Under the pieces are notes generated by a model. It saw nothing but the letters and a program-made list of their open reading frames with translations. It was not told where the DNA came from and did no database searches. Made by a program: the position numbers and the translations under genes. Shown here in pieces: positions 46,466 through 57,280 of a stretch of DNA of 64,000 nt (within the stretch, counting starts at the first letter, position 1; every line of letters starts with the position of its first letter). The stretch is from a virus (lineage: Duplodnaviria; Caudoviricetes): IMG/VR virus record IMGVR_UViG_3300005264_000006, positions 1,831 to 65,830 of that record; one strand, given 5' to 3'.

Positions 46466-47905
46466 TTATGCCTCATTTCTTATTGATGTGATTATAATTT
46501 TTTCTAAAGAACTGTACCAATAAAATCCAATTTCAATGGAAGGAATAGTTCTAGTTGCTCTAGCTGCTTGTCCAGTCGCAGTATTGTTCTTTAAATCATT
46601 CTCAATAGGAATTTTAACATATGCCAAACCATCTACAATTTTTTGACTTTGTAGAGTTTTGAATATGCCAGTAATTTTATTTTTTACTTTTTGCATTCCC
46701 TGATATGACATTTGAACTGTTCTTGAAGCTAACAATTCCCATAATCCATTTACAAGGGTTTGACTGATTATGTATTTACATCTCACGTAATTTATTCTTG
46801 AAGAGTAACCTACACCAAGAGTAAATCCATGTGAGATAAGATATGGTTCGCCAGATAACTCTTTCCTTTTCATAGGAGATGCTATTTGACCGCCATTCCA
46901 ATATGTTCTATTAATAAGGCTTTCTTCTTCTTGTATTCCCATATGAATGGTGGCAAAACTCATGGTCGTGTGCGGATGAGTTCCAGCTGTCATACCCATA
47001 TAACCAGCAGCGATGTCATGGTTTAAATCACTTGGTTTTGCTTTTATAGGTGCAACATCTTCTCTCTGTCCAACAAGATTCTTAAAATCTTCCCATTTTG
47101 TGTTTAAGGCACAACCGCTTGCACCGGGTTCTGAAGCTCCCGGTAAAGCATAAAAGAGAATACAATTTTTACCAGATATCGAGTTAGTAAATCTGCTAAT
47201 GTCAGTTAACATATTTCCATAATAAACATTGCTATCATCAGAAGTGTAACAACTTTTACTTGAAGAATTCTGATATGAAACTGCCATCATATTTATTTTA
47301 TATTGTTCGATAGTATCTGTAACATCTGCTACCGCTTTCCCTATTTTATAAGAACATGTTATTTTAGAGCCTGTTCTCGGAGGCTTATCTATTACATTAC
47401 CTGAAAGTCCATTCACGAAATTAAGTTGTCCAACCCAATTACCTAATTCATCATTTACTAATGAAAAGCCTAAACCCGTTGCTCCACCTTGTGTATTAAT
47501 CCAGTAACCTGTATTTTCGGCTACCGGGAAGTATTTCACTTCGGGAGTTCCAATAAATCCTAATGGAGGTTTGGTTGCTGTTTCATAAATGTAATCTGTT
47601 ACGTACAACATTGGTTGGTCATGGTATTCCTGTATATTACCACTTACTAAAGCTAACACGTATAACGTGCAGCCAGGAGTTGGAGTTGCAGCAAAGAATA
47701 TTGAGGTCGATTCATAGGCTTGGTCACTAACTGAAAATCCTGCATTTATTAATTGGGTTGACCAATCATTTGCATTACAAGCTATAACAGTAGAATTTGC
47801 TAAACTTGCTTCACTTCCCTGTACAACTAACATGCAATTATCCCAAGGAACTTCAGCTGGTGCTGGTGTTTCAGCATCCCAAATTATTGTTAAATATTCA
47901 CCCAT
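46466..47905 (-). CDS. Tail sheath protein
   Basis: AGFSVSDQAY..FFA N-terminus; C-terminal INYVR..MSYQGMQKV..RATRTIPSI..SSLEKIII. Confidence 0.78.
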   Translation of the reverse strand: MGEYLTIIWDAETPAPAEVPWDNCMLVVQGSEASLANSTVIACNANDWSTQLINAGFSVSDQAYESTSIFFAATPTPGCTLYVLALVSGNIQEYHDQPMLYVTDYIYETATKPPLGFIGTPEVKYFPVAENTGYWINTQGGATGLGFSLVNDELGNWVGQLNFVNGLSGNVIDKPPRTGSKITCSYKIGKAVADVTDTIEQYKINMMAVSYQNSSSKSCYTSDDSNVYYGNMLTDISRFTNSISGKNCILFYALPGASEPGASGCALNTKWEDFKNLVGQREDVAPIKAKPSDLNHDIAAGYMGMTAGTHPHTTMSFATIHMGIQEEESLINRTYWNGGQIASPMKRKELSGEPYLISHGFTLGVGYSSRINYVRCKYIISQTLVNGLWELLASRTVQMSYQGMQKVKNKITGIFKTLQSQKIVDGLAYVKIPIENDLKNNTATGQAARATRTIPSIEIGFYWYSSLEKIIITSIRNEA

Positions 47906-48512
47906 TAAAAATCACCTTAAATCTCGTGGGAGTTGCTTCTTCTTCAGAATGTATCTCTCCACGAACTTCTTCTACTAATTTCTCATCTACTTCATAGTCA
48001 GCTGGCATTCTTGACCATCTGACGTCCGTTCTAATATATACATCAACTTCGTACTCATGGATTCTATCTCCACTTCTTGCACGAAAGTTAGTTAAATCCT
48101 TTACCGGTATCGCTCTCGATCTATCTATCGAAGCTTTATTATCTTTTAAAACGTCGTTCCAAAAGCCTAGAATTCTTTTTCTTATTCTATCGGCTATAAC
48201 GACTGCGTAGTTTCTTCCACGCACTGTATTATTGTTATGATATTTTTTTGCATATATACTAACCGTGCATAATTCTAATTCACAGAAAGCATATGTATAA
48301 TAAACATCATCAACTATGCCTACTACATCTCCCATTGATGGAAATTTTTTCATGCTCGTTTGTATGAAATCAATTGCTACATATGGATATTCTCTTGCAA
48401 ATCCTTCTCCAGCTCTCCAAACTTGAATTGCAGGATTCCAAGATCCATAAGAAAAATCTACCTGATTTTGTATGTCATCAAGTAATCTATTCTTGATCGT
48501 TTCATATAACAT
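47898..48512 (-). CDS. Tail terminator/neck protein
   Basis: YPYVAID motif; position before the sheath. Confidence 0.6.
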   Translation of the reverse strand: MLYETIKNRLLDDIQNQVDFSYGSWNPAIQVWRAGEGFAREYPYVAIDFIQTSMKKFPSMGDVVGIVDDVYYTYAFCELELCTVSIYAKKYHNNNTVRGRNYAVVIADRIRKRILGFWNDVLKDNKASIDRSRAIPVKDLTNFRARSGDRIHEYEVDVYIRTDVRWSRMPADYEVDEKLVEEVRGEIHSEEEATPTRFKVIFNG

Positions 48513-48861
48513 GTATTTTTCTCACCAATCGTATTTCGGCATTTTTAAAATTGGGTTTTGAAGTATAATCCACTATATCCATAACCCTATACGTGTTACC
48601 ATTCCAAATTACTTTAGTTCTCCCTGGAATAAGAAAAACCTTCTCCATTTCATTTTTAGATACATGCGCAAATAATTGTTCTATTTGTGTATATCCTCCG
48701 TGTCTATCTTCTTCATATATTGAATCGTCTGGAAGCATAACCATGGACACATCTTGTCGGGAACCATCAGTAATTACACCAACACCACCAGAACCTCTGG
48801 TAGTTGTTGACTCATTTATTACTGTTACAATTTCCTCATGTTTTTTTTGTGTCTTAAACAT
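48502..48861 (-). CDS. Head closure protein
   Basis: KVIWNGNTYRV motif; position. Confidence 0.6.
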   Translation of the reverse strand: MFKTQKKHEEIVTVINESTTTRGSGGVGVITDGSRQDVSMVMLPDDSIYEEDRHGGYTQIEQLFAHVSKNEMEKVFLIPGRTKVIWNGNTYRVMDIVDYTSKPNFKNAEIRLVRKIHVI

Positions 48862-49460
48862 TATAAAGGTTCGTCCTCTAAATATTGATAATGAACCAGT
48901 TCTCCTTCCTCAACATCCGATAAACCCGAACCGCTTGAAACATCTGCTATCTCAATTAATGATTCATCTATATTCCAACTCCAGCCCCTTGAGGAGTTAT
49001 CCCTAGTAACCCTTGGAATGGGTGTTGGAGAATTATAATTTTTAAAAAAATCATCTCGGCAATAAGCTCGTACATAAGCGTAAGCCATCATTCTATAAGT
49101 ATCATGGGGTAACAACTGATAGAATGGTTCTGCTGCTCCTTGTGCAAAAAAGAACATGGGTTGCCATCTTTGATACGCATAAGTCACCTTATTCAAATGT
49201 TCTAAAGCTATGTCACCAGTTGTCCATTTGACGTCTCCGAAATAACATAACATTTCTAAGCCCATACAAATTGCGGCACACCATAATAAATTAAACCTGT
49301 CTTTAATGTTGACAGGTCGTAATCTGTTTGATATGATCATCTGATCTATTCTAGCGTCTATCATTTTCATAAATCGATCGGTTAAACGTGATTCATCAAA
49401 TGTTTCATCGTTTAACTTGACAAAATATGAAATGTCCTCTTTTTCTGCGTATTTTCCCAT
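48861..49460 (-). CDS. Head-tail adaptor protein
   Basis: MGKYAEKEDI N-terminus; directly after the MCP. Confidence 0.6.
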   Translation of the reverse strand: MGKYAEKEDISYFVKLNDETFDESRLTDRFMKMIDARIDQMIISNRLRPVNIKDRFNLLWCAAICMGLEMLCYFGDVKWTTGDIALEHLNKVTYAYQRWQPMFFFAQGAAEPFYQLLPHDTYRMMAYAYVRAYCRDDFFKNYNSPTPIPRVTRDNSSRGWSWNIDESLIEIADVSSGSGLSDVEEGELVHYQYLEDEPL

Positions 49461-49474
49461 GTTTATAAACCTAC

Positions 49475-50596
49475 CTACTGCATTGCTGTTTGATCAATTC
49501 TCAAAGCATTTGCAAAATCATTTACAACGGGTGTAACTGAAATTTCTGCAATGTTTTTGATTTCTAAAGGATCATGCTCTATGACTTGGTGCATATAGAA
49601 TTCCGTTGGAGACTTCCTTGCTTGTTTGTGGAGCTTGTGAGTCCATCCACAAGCAGTATAACCTAAGTTTCGGTTTGCCATTAAGCCCCATTCCCATCGA
49701 CCTGATGCGTAATCTTTGGTCATCATATCGACCTTGTTTAATCTATCCCAAGTTTGTCTTAAATAGTCACCCTTGCCTGGATAACCTTCTAAATCGGTAT
49801 TAATTCCAGGAACTTCTTTATAGGTATTACCAACTACACGAACAATTTTTAATCCTTGAATAGCACTACCCAAAACTCCTTGGGTCGTGTCCTTGATGTT
49901 AATCAATCTATCTAAGAGTTTATTATTGTCTTCTAAGTGTCTCGTGGTAACTCTTCCTAAAGCAAGAAATTCAGGCAATTCTCCGGACATTAGCTCAAAT
50001 CGGTCTTTAAGATAATTTAAATCTTTAAAAACGTCCTTGCTTGTATTACTCCAAGCTCCTGCAGCTAAATTAGCGTCAGCTGCTCCTCGAAAGGTTCCTG
50101 TTCTGACATTTACATAAGCTTGTCTTTCTAATGTTTGTGTGGAAAATGAAGCCATCACAATAGGATCTCCATAGACATACTTGGTAAGAGTAAATTCGAT
50201 GAGACGGTTGATAAAACGAATTAAATTTCTATCAAGCAATAAACGCTTGGCTTGAATGACTCCGTTTTCAAAGTCTTCTTCAAACTCTTCCATATCTTCC
50301 GGATAGCCGTTCTTAATAGTTCGGCAATTAAAAGTAATTCCTTCAATATGTGGTGCAGCCATCATATCAACTCGTTCACGGGGATCGTGAAATCGAGCCA
50401 TTCCCTGTGGATCGGCCAACCAAGGCAAACTAAAATGTTTCTTGGAGCCCTTTCCGGGAGCTTCTTTTTTGGGCATGAATCTTGTGAACATCGGCATCCA
50501 TTCTTGATCAAAGAAGTCAATTGCAGCAATATAACGCCTATACAACCAAGTAGGTATTAAGGCGGGTTCTGTTAAGTTAGACCAATCTATACTCAT
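49475..50596 (-). CDS. Major capsid protein (HK97 fold, putative)
   Basis: 373 aa after protease and cement genes; WSNTSKDVFKDL..GELPEFLALG. Confidence 0.75.
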   Translation of the reverse strand: MSIDWSNLTEPALIPTWLYRRYIAAIDFFDQEWMPMFTRFMPKKEAPGKGSKKHFSLPWLADPQGMARFHDPRERVDMMAAPHIEGITFNCRTIKNGYPEDMEEFEEDFENGVIQAKRLLLDRNLIRFINRLIEFTLTKYVYGDPIVMASFSTQTLERQAYVNVRTGTFRGAADANLAAGAWSNTSKDVFKDLNYLKDRFELMSGELPEFLALGRVTTRHLEDNNKLLDRLINIKDTTQGVLGSAIQGLKIVRVVGNTYKEVPGINTDLEGYPGKGDYLRQTWDRLNKVDMMTKDYASGRWEWGLMANRNLGYTACGWTHKLHKQARKSPTEFYMHQVIEHDPLEIKNIAEISVTPVVNDFANALRIDQTAMQ

Positions 50597-50609
50597 TTTT
50601 TTAACCTCT

Positions 50610-51137
50610 CTAAGTTAATGGATATTTTTTATGTGTTTCTGGATTAACCCAAACCAAGCCAGGTACTCCGGGTGGAGCATCTTGTAATGCTTTTCCCAAA
50701 GTATGCTTATCAGCTCTTACACCAGTTGCTACACTAGCAAGTGATTCACATCCACCATTCGATGGAATTACAGTTTGGTTGACTAAAGTCGTGTAACCAG
50801 TGTGAGTGTTAACTATAGGACAAATTCCTATTTGCATAATAAGAATGTCACGCGGCCAATAATAATCGGGTCGTAGAATCTTGTTATCACTAGATACGCC
50901 TGAAATGGCATATTTAATATCCAACGAAACACCTAAAGCTTCAACTGCTCCGGGTGTTGCATTGTCATAAGATTTAACTTTCTTCTTATTAATTGGATTA
51001 GTAACAAATCCTGTGTCTGCGTGTCGAACAATAGGTTCTCCTAATTCAACATCACTCTCGTCAGCAAGCCAGTACTTTCCTTTAGATAAGGCAGTAGTGT
51101 GTTCTTTAAACCATCCTTCTCTTCCTTGGTAAGACAT
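50610..51137 (-). CDS. Capsid cement/decoration protein
   Basis: Between protease and MCP; ALGVSL..LGKALQDA..VWVNP. Confidence 0.65.
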   Translation of the reverse strand: MSYQGREGWFKEHTTALSKGKYWLADESDVELGEPIVRHADTGFVTNPINKKKVKSYDNATPGAVEALGVSLDIKYAISGVSSDNKILRPDYYWPRDILIMQIGICPIVNTHTGYTTLVNQTVIPSNGGCESLASVATGVRADKHTLGKALQDAPPGVPGLVWVNPETHKKYPLT

Positions 51138-51141
51138 TTAT

Positions 51142-52170
51142 CTAATCACCTCTAAACCATTTCTGGAATTCCGGAGGCATGTTTCTAAATGCTTTTTTAT
51201 CCCTCTTACTTTTAAGTCCTTCATCTTCCAATTCCTCATCAATAACACTTTCGGCACTTTCCCTAAGGTCGGTTACCTCGGCCATTGGTTTTTCCTTTTC
51301 TAAATCTTTGACTCTTTCTAAGAGAAATTTCTTAGCATCTTCAAATTTGCCCTCTTTTACTAAAGATTTTGCCTCTTTTGTATAAAGTGGACGCATTAAT
51401 TCACCATCTTCTTTCACTGCTCGTTCAATTAATGGGTTTAATTCATCCATTTTTCTGGCTTCCTTTAGTTCGTCTACAACTTTCTCTTGTTCCTTAAATT
51501 TATCATTTAATTCCAAGAGCTTATCAAGAATTTCTTTACGCTCTCCTTCTTTTTCTTCCAAGACCTTGTCTTTTTCGGAAATTGATTTTTCAAGTGTAAC
51601 AATCTTGACTTCCAAGTCTTCGAGTAATTTTTCCTTTTTTGTCAATTCAGCTTCAAGAATCTTAATCTTTTTCAGTTCTTCAGCATTTTTATTGTCTTCA
51701 GGCATAATATCACTCTCGTTTACAAAATCTATCATTTTACATTCCTTGCAAGCCGGTGTCGGCGTTAAAGAATGTTCAATGACATCATAATGTATCGGAT
51801 TCCCACCTCTTTCATATTGTCTAAATCGCATTGAAATTTTTATTGGATCTCCTAATTCCTTTCGCATTTTTATAACATCCCTCACCTTTTTATGATCATT
51901 GGTATGGTTATAAATTTCATATTTACTATAAATTGATCCATCTTCAGCCTTCGATTCTAAGACCGTACCATAAATGTGGGTGTTTTTGAAATCCGGAATA
52001 ATTGGGTGTTCATGTCTCCATACAACCGGTTTATTTATGGAGTCTTGAGCCAATCTATTCAATCCTTTTTCACAAACGAAATCTTTCGTAATAGATTTTG
52101 CGGTAAACATAAACCTATCTTCCAAAACTTCTATATCCTCTAATGCAAAATCAATATTGTAATCAGTCAT
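51142..52170 (-). CDS. Prohead protease-scaffold fusion
   Basis: WRHEHP, ISMRF, EHSLTPTPAC followed by an acidic coiled coil. Confidence 0.8.
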   Translation of the reverse strand: MTDYNIDFALEDIEVLEDRFMFTAKSITKDFVCEKGLNRLAQDSINKPVVWRHEHPIIPDFKNTHIYGTVLESKAEDGSIYSKYEIYNHTNDHKKVRDVIKMRKELGDPIKISMRFRQYERGGNPIHYDVIEHSLTPTPACKECKMIDFVNESDIMPEDNKNAEELKKIKILEAELTKKEKLLEDLEVKIVTLEKSISEKDKVLEEKEGERKEILDKLLELNDKFKEQEKVVDELKEARKMDELNPLIERAVKEDGELMRPLYTKEAKSLVKEGKFEDAKKFLLERVKDLEKEKPMAEVTDLRESAESVIDEELEDEGLKSKRDKKAFRNMPPEFQKWFRGD

Positions 52171-52197
52171 TGTTTAATTATCTCCTCTGATATCATG

Positions 52198-52218
52198 TTG
52201 TTTTTAAGCTTTATAAAG
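52198..52218 (-). promoter_or_regulatory. Putative late promoter upstream of the head operon
   Basis: Minus strand reads ctttataaagcttaaaaacaa, then GAGGAG and ATG 52170. Confidence 0.72.
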
Positions 52219-52225
52219 GTGAACA

Positions 52226-52573
52226 TTAAAATCTACATCTACTGTCAAAAATGTATTGGTTAGTCATTGCTCGATGGTCTACATTCTTGTATTTTATCTT
52301 ATATCTACTATCGCCATTTATATTTCCGGGACACAGCGGTTTACGACATGACATAATAATTGAACCTTGTCCATCATATTCTGCCGCATACATTTCTTGT
52401 CCGCACCATTTACAATAGAAAATTTTCTTGAAACTTTTAAGAAAATTCTTATCATAAGCCCATCCATCATCCCAACTTTTTGATAATGTTCTACTTACAA
52501 TACTATTCCTATGCTCTAAATATTTTTTAGAGTCGTTAAACCTTTTTATTTTTTCTTGTTTTGTTATCGGCAC
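52226..52573 (-). CDS. Zn-finger protein
   Basis: CKWCG...CRKPLCPGN. Confidence 0.6.
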   Translation of the reverse strand: MPITKQEKIKRFNDSKKYLEHRNSIVSRTLSKSWDDGWAYDKNFLKSFKKIFYCKWCGQEMYAAEYDGQGSIIMSCRKPLCPGNINGDSRYKIKYKNVDHRAMTNQYIFDSRCRF

Positions 52574-52574
52574 C

Positions 52575-53132
52575 TTAACTTGCCTCCGCTATTTTTTTAT
52601 ATGCTTCTGTTAACCTAGTCATTATATCTTGCCAACCAAATACTATGGTTGCTTTTAAAATCGATTTTCTTCTTTCGTGAATCGGACCAAAATTATAATA
52701 ATAAACTCTTCCCGTTTTTCTTGAAATTCTAAACCTTGTTGTCGGTGTAACATGTGAAAGATTTATTGCACCTGAAGGTATGCCAAATAATATTCTATTC
52801 GAATGTATATCACAAAAAATTGCTCCCACCATTGTACCGGTTACAACATGAGGAGGTAATCCTCTTCTAACCTTCCAGGCTCTATATAATGGGTTATAAC
52901 TACCCCTTCTTGGAGTTGCTCCGCTAGCCATTAGCATGCGCATTTCATGTGCGTCTGTTATTTCCCATACATCATCTAAATTGTCAACCAAAACATTCAT
53001 ATTAAGAGAAGCCAGTATTCCTGCTCTTGCTCCTAACAAAGCAGCACTTATAGCAGAACCGTCTCTTAATCTATCTAAAAATCTAAGAGCACCTCCTAAA
53101 GTTTTTCGTATTATGACCCTTCTTACCGGCAT
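52575..53132 (-). CDS. Virion morphogenesis/tail completion-like protein
   Basis: YNPLYRAWKVRRG..VVTGTM motif; basic protein. Confidence 0.55.
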   Translation of the reverse strand: MPVRRVIIRKTLGGALRFLDRLRDGSAISAALLGARAGILASLNMNVLVDNLDDVWEITDAHEMRMLMASGATPRRGSYNPLYRAWKVRRGLPPHVVTGTMVGAIFCDIHSNRILFGIPSGAINLSHVTPTTRFRISRKTGRVYYYNFGPIHERRKSILKATIVFGWQDIMTRLTEAYKKIAEAS

Positions 53133-53362
53133 TATATAAAACTACCTTTAGCATCCTCATTTATTGGTGGCGAACTTTCATTAAAATCCATGTCAAATTC
53201 GTAAAATAATTGAATTATTTTCTTAACATCGGAACTATTATAACCTATCTGTCTTGCCATGCTCTTAAGGATTGGTTTCAACTTTCTCAAATTTTTATTA
53301 TTGATTCGAATTATATTTTGTAATCTTTCCATCCGCTCTTTTAATTTTTCTATTTCATTCAT
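53132..53362 (-). CDS. Hypothetical coiled-coil protein
   Basis: 76-aa ORF in the operon. Confidence 0.5.
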   Translation of the reverse strand: MNEIEKLKERMERLQNIIRINNKNLRKLKPILKSMARQIGYNSSDVKKIIQLFYEFDMDFNESSPPINEDAKGSFI

Positions 53363-53690
53363 AATTCTTGAGTTTATTTATTTCATTTAACACCCAATTC
53401 ATGTTTCTATATAATAAATTTTTAGTAGCTTTTATTGCTTCAATTATGTCTTGATAAAAATTTTTTTCCATTGCATCGTAGAAATATGAAAGTACTTCTT
53501 CATAAATCGATTCTAATCCGTTAGATAAATTCCTTAAATCTACATGACTAATAATATTACATCCAAGTAATTCATCTTTAATTGCTTCGTAAAAATCAAA
53601 ATTACTTATCTTTTCTTTGTTGATTATATGCCACAAGTCGTTCTCTAGCGCTTTCTTGATTTTGCATAGAAGACGATTGTTTGATTTCAT
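53355..53690 (-). CDS. Hypothetical protein (start uncertain)
   Basis: Overlaps the end of the portal gene. Confidence 0.45.
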   Translation of the reverse strand: MKSNNRLLCKIKKALENDLWHIINKEKISNFDFYEAIKDELLGCNIISHVDLRNLSNGLESIYEEVLSYFYDAMEKNFYQDIIEAIKATKNLLYRNMNWVLNEINKLKNYE

Positions 53691-55074
53691 CTTTTCTCAA
53701 TTCCTCATAGTTTTTATTTAAACCGTCCGTTAAAGCATTCAAAAATGGAAATGAAGTTTGTGCAGCTTTTCTTGCTTCATTTATGTCCTTAAAAATGTGT
53801 GAATTTACACCAACTTCTATTGCTTTCATTAAATTAAGCGTTTCTTCAAATATTAAATTGCTCCATTCTATATCTATATCAGTTGGTTCTATATTATTTA
53901 TTCCGTGATACGGCAATAATACATTAGCATAAAAATCTGTTAATAATAACTCGTATTGTCTTCTTATTCCTGCTATGAATCTTAACCATCCTTTTTCTAA
54001 AATCCTACCGGTAGCTAATTCATTTCCGGAAGCGTCTCTTTGACCCATGGAGCCAAAAATAGTATACATTATTTGTTTATCAAGTTCTTTTATGTACGTT
54101 ACATAAATTTCAGAACTTCTCGATGTTTGTTTCTCCAGTGTTTCAAAAGTATAATCACCTGGAACTGCTGCACCGCCAAATGATGTTATTTGCTTAACAA
54201 ATAAACTTGCATTATCGATTGCCTTTTGCATTTCTTGCGGACTTGTAGGATAAGTACTAGTTTTTGGGTCGCCTATTTTTATTATAATAAAAGGAGCCCA
54301 ATGCTTTTGTGAATATTTTCTCATAAACCAAAGAATCCATCTCTTGTAAACAATGTAGTGCATCGCATTAGCAATCGGCGGTTTTTCAAAAAAATCACCG
54401 TATAATACATTATTTAATTCATCCGGTATGTGTATTTTATTAGCAAAATTACTTGTTCTTCTAAAATTATTACCGTAATTTATTGCTTTAGAATTCCATT
54501 TTACCCAATCATGCTCATTATCTTTACCGGCTTGTCTATAAAATTGCTTCTTTGTTCTATAATATTTATAATTACTAACATGTTGAATGAATTTACGATA
54601 ACCCATCACCGGATCTTCTCTTATTTCAATTGATTTAGGATCAAGTCGTTGAACATCCACATTATCATATTCCGGTGTTCTATCATCAACTCTCCACATG
54701 AAATGTTTATGAATAATTGCATCAAACCAACTATCTCTAAGAAAACTTTCTACCGTTTGTCTTTTAACATTAATTCTTCTATTCCATTCTTCTATAACTT
54801 TCTTTGCTTTTTCATTCTTATCTAATCTTATCCTCAAACCATCACCAATGATGACGTGTGCCGTTATATCGGTAAAACTAGTGGCAATAGAATCATTCCA
54901 AAATGCTTCTTCAAGATTAACGTCATTTATTTTAATCATAACCTTTTGAAGGTTCTTGAGATCCTTGTCTAATTCATATTTATCGACTTCAATGTTGGCT
55001 GTAATTGCTTTATGACTCGGTAAATATTCCGTTTTATTTTCTTTTTCTCTCCTTATCGGCATCCAAAAAATCAC
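53602..55074 (-). CDS. Portal protein
   Basis: Near TerL; IIGDGLRI, QRLDPKSI, APFIIIKIG, IDIEW. Confidence 0.82.
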   Translation of the reverse strand: MIFWMPIRREKENKTEYLPSHKAITANIEVDKYELDKDLKNLQKVMIKINDVNLEEAFWNDSIATSFTDITAHVIIGDGLRIRLDKNEKAKKVIEEWNRRINVKRQTVESFLRDSWFDAIIHKHFMWRVDDRTPEYDNVDVQRLDPKSIEIREDPVMGYRKFIQHVSNYKYYRTKKQFYRQAGKDNEHDWVKWNSKAINYGNNFRRTSNFANKIHIPDELNNVLYGDFFEKPPIANAMHYIVYKRWILWFMRKYSQKHWAPFIIIKIGDPKTSTYPTSPQEMQKAIDNASLFVKQITSFGGAAVPGDYTFETLEKQTSRSSEIYVTYIKELDKQIMYTIFGSMGQRDASGNELATGRILEKGWLRFIAGIRRQYELLLTDFYANVLLPYHGINNIEPTDIDIEWSNLIFEETLNLMKAIEVGVNSHIFKDINEARKAAQTSFPFLNALTDGLNKNYEELRKDEIKQSSSMQNQESARERLVAYNQQRKDK

Positions 55075-55258
55075 CCATGAACTTATCTATTTCTTTTAAT
55101 AATTCATCAAATGGATTTACTCCTTCGGACATTCTAATAATTTTAAAATGTAATACCGGAGGAGAAGGTTCTAATACAATGCATGGAAATCCATCAACCA
55201 AAACAATTTTTGTTTTGTCTAATTTTCTTAATTCTTCTTCCGTCATTTCTTCATTCAT
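55034..55258 (-). CDS. Hypothetical protein
   Basis: 74-aa ORF between TerL and portal. Confidence 0.5.
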   Translation of the reverse strand: MNEEMTEEELRKLDKTKIVLVDGFPCIVLEPSPPVLHFKIIRMSEGVNPFDELLKEIDKFMGDFLDADKERKRK

Positions 55259-56934
55259 TATCTCACACCATATATATCATAACTTAAACCTCTTGGTTTA
55301 ACATTATGAACAATTATAGGTTTTTGTCTATGACCCCATAAACTAAGAGCAAACGCAATAACTCTATCATCGTGAAATGATTGAGTTCCGTATTTAATAT
55401 AATTAGTTCCTGGCATCACTTCTGCTTCAAATCTTAAACATTCCTCCCTAAATTCTCCAATTTCCGGTTCATTAGCCGGAGGTATTTCAACTAATCCTTT
55501 CGAAAACATCTTAATTACTTCTCCAATTAAATCGGGTTTTGTAGCACGAGAAATTATGAATCCCCGTGAATTCGTTTTATTGTCAAAAATTCTCGTGTTA
55601 ATTTCTTTATCGGTTCTAAGTATGTACTTCTTCCCTTCATCTTTAAATACCAATACTTTTTCTCGTTGTAAAGATCTTACATCTTCTTCAAATAATTCTA
55701 CAAGAGGATCACCCAATCCTGTGGCATCAAGAACTGCTAAATACGGATTAAATTTTTCAACTACCATCATTAATTTTCTTCTAATATATTTATAAGTTCT
55801 TCTTAAATCATTATCACCCGCAACCGATAAAGCATAATCAAGAATAACATGACCTGTCTTTTTATTTCTATGCGTTACATAAAAACAAGAAGCATCATGT
55901 TTTCTACCGTAATCAACACCTAATACATAAGCCTCTTTTTCACTAGATACAAACGCATTTCTTAATTTATGATTTGTACAATTTGTAATCCATTGTCCCA
56001 AAATAACCATCGATGCATCCGATATAATTTCTCCTAAATATTCTTGTCGACCCCAAGGTGTCCAACCATCATCATCGAGTAGATCTTTAACATCATCGGG
56101 ACTTCTTAAACCATCTTTCCAAGGATCTACATACGGAACAGAAAATCTTCCGATACCATATTTATAGTCTAATGCACCACAATCAACACAAGGATACATT
56201 TCATTAATTGGAATTTTTCCATTAGGGAAATGATCAACATTAAATGCAGATTGATGATATTCTGCTCCGCAATTATTGCAAATAATCGGTCTTGTTTCTA
56301 ATCCTCTGTAATAATAATCAATAAATTTTCCTTTTGGACCCCATGGAGTTGATAACATTATCCATCTTTCGCCGTGAGTTGTTGTAGGTAATGCTGCTGC
56401 AAATAGAATTTCTTCGTCTATTTGTGCTGCTTCGTCTGCAAATAGAAATGTATACGTTGAACCACGAATGTTGTCGGTACATGGCCAAACCTCTATATAA
56501 TTCCCGTTGTCTATTTCTAAGAAATCTACTCTTAATGATTTCCGCACGACTTTCCTCCAAAATATTGAAAACCTCAAAATTGCTTTAATTTTTCTATATA
56601 ATTTTTTTGCTGCTTTATCCGAAGCCGATATTATTCCAATCGTACAATTCGGAAACATTAATAAGAAAGCACATGCAGCATATGCACATGCACTTGATTT
56701 TCCGGTTTGTCTCGGCCAAATCATTACAGAACCCTTAGGGGTTCTTTTTACATTGCTAAATTTAAATTGTGAAAGAGGAAAACCAAATTGAATTGAATCA
56801 ATTGCATCCTTTTGAGCCTGAGTTAATGATATTTTTCTACCGGAATGATATATATCCGGTAAGAATTCTTCTATAAAATTAACAGCTCTAAAAGCAACAT
56901 CTTGAATGTGTTTGATTTCCTCTACACTAATCAC
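55258..56934 (-). CDS. terL: Terminase large subunit with zinc-ribbon insert
   Basis: PRQTGKS, FADEAA, LSTPWG, GVDYGRKHD, LDATGLG, HDDRVIAFAL. Confidence 0.95.
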   Translation of the reverse strand: MISVEEIKHIQDVAFRAVNFIEEFLPDIYHSGRKISLTQAQKDAIDSIQFGFPLSQFKFSNVKRTPKGSVMIWPRQTGKSSACAYAACAFLLMFPNCTIGIISASDKAAKKLYRKIKAILRFSIFWRKVVRKSLRVDFLEIDNGNYIEVWPCTDNIRGSTYTFLFADEAAQIDEEILFAAALPTTTHGERWIMLSTPWGPKGKFIDYYYRGLETRPIICNNCGAEYHQSAFNVDHFPNGKIPINEMYPCVDCGALDYKYGIGRFSVPYVDPWKDGLRSPDDVKDLLDDDGWTPWGRQEYLGEIISDASMVILGQWITNCTNHKLRNAFVSSEKEAYVLGVDYGRKHDASCFYVTHRNKKTGHVILDYALSVAGDNDLRRTYKYIRRKLMMVVEKFNPYLAVLDATGLGDPLVELFEEDVRSLQREKVLVFKDEGKKYILRTDKEINTRIFDNKTNSRGFIISRATKPDLIGEVIKMFSKGLVEIPPANEPEIGEFREECLRFEAEVMPGTNYIKYGTQSFHDDRVIAFALSLWGHRQKPIIVHNVKPRGLSYDIYGVR

Positions 56935-57280
56935 TAATTCTCGCCTTAATTTTAATTTTATCTTTAATTACTATATATTCATCCGTACCTAAAACTATTA
57001 ATACATCGTATTGATATGTTCTTGATTCTATTTCTTTTGTATTAGTCGGAACTAAATGAATTCTAAATTTAGAATTTGGTAAGTCTATATCTTCAATTTC
57101 ATCTGCTCCTCCGCCGGCTGCTGTATTTTTTCTTTGTAATACAATTTCGGAATCATCATCTTCTTCATCTTCTTTCATTGTAAAAGTAATTTTAGCTCCG
57201 GTTAAATCAACATTTCCTTCATTTACGGTGACATCTAATTTAACCGTGGTACCTTGAAATATTTTAATATAATTAGTCAT
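56927..57280 (-). CDS. BppU-N-like beta-sandwich virion protein
   Basis: IFQGTT..VDLTGAKITFTMK..YQYDV. Confidence 0.65.
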   Translation of the reverse strand: MTNYIKIFQGTTVKLDVTVNEGNVDLTGAKITFTMKEDEEDDDSEIVLQRKNTAAGGGADEIEDIDLPNSKFRIHLVPTNTKEIESRTYQYDVLIVLGTDEYIVIKDKIKIKARISD

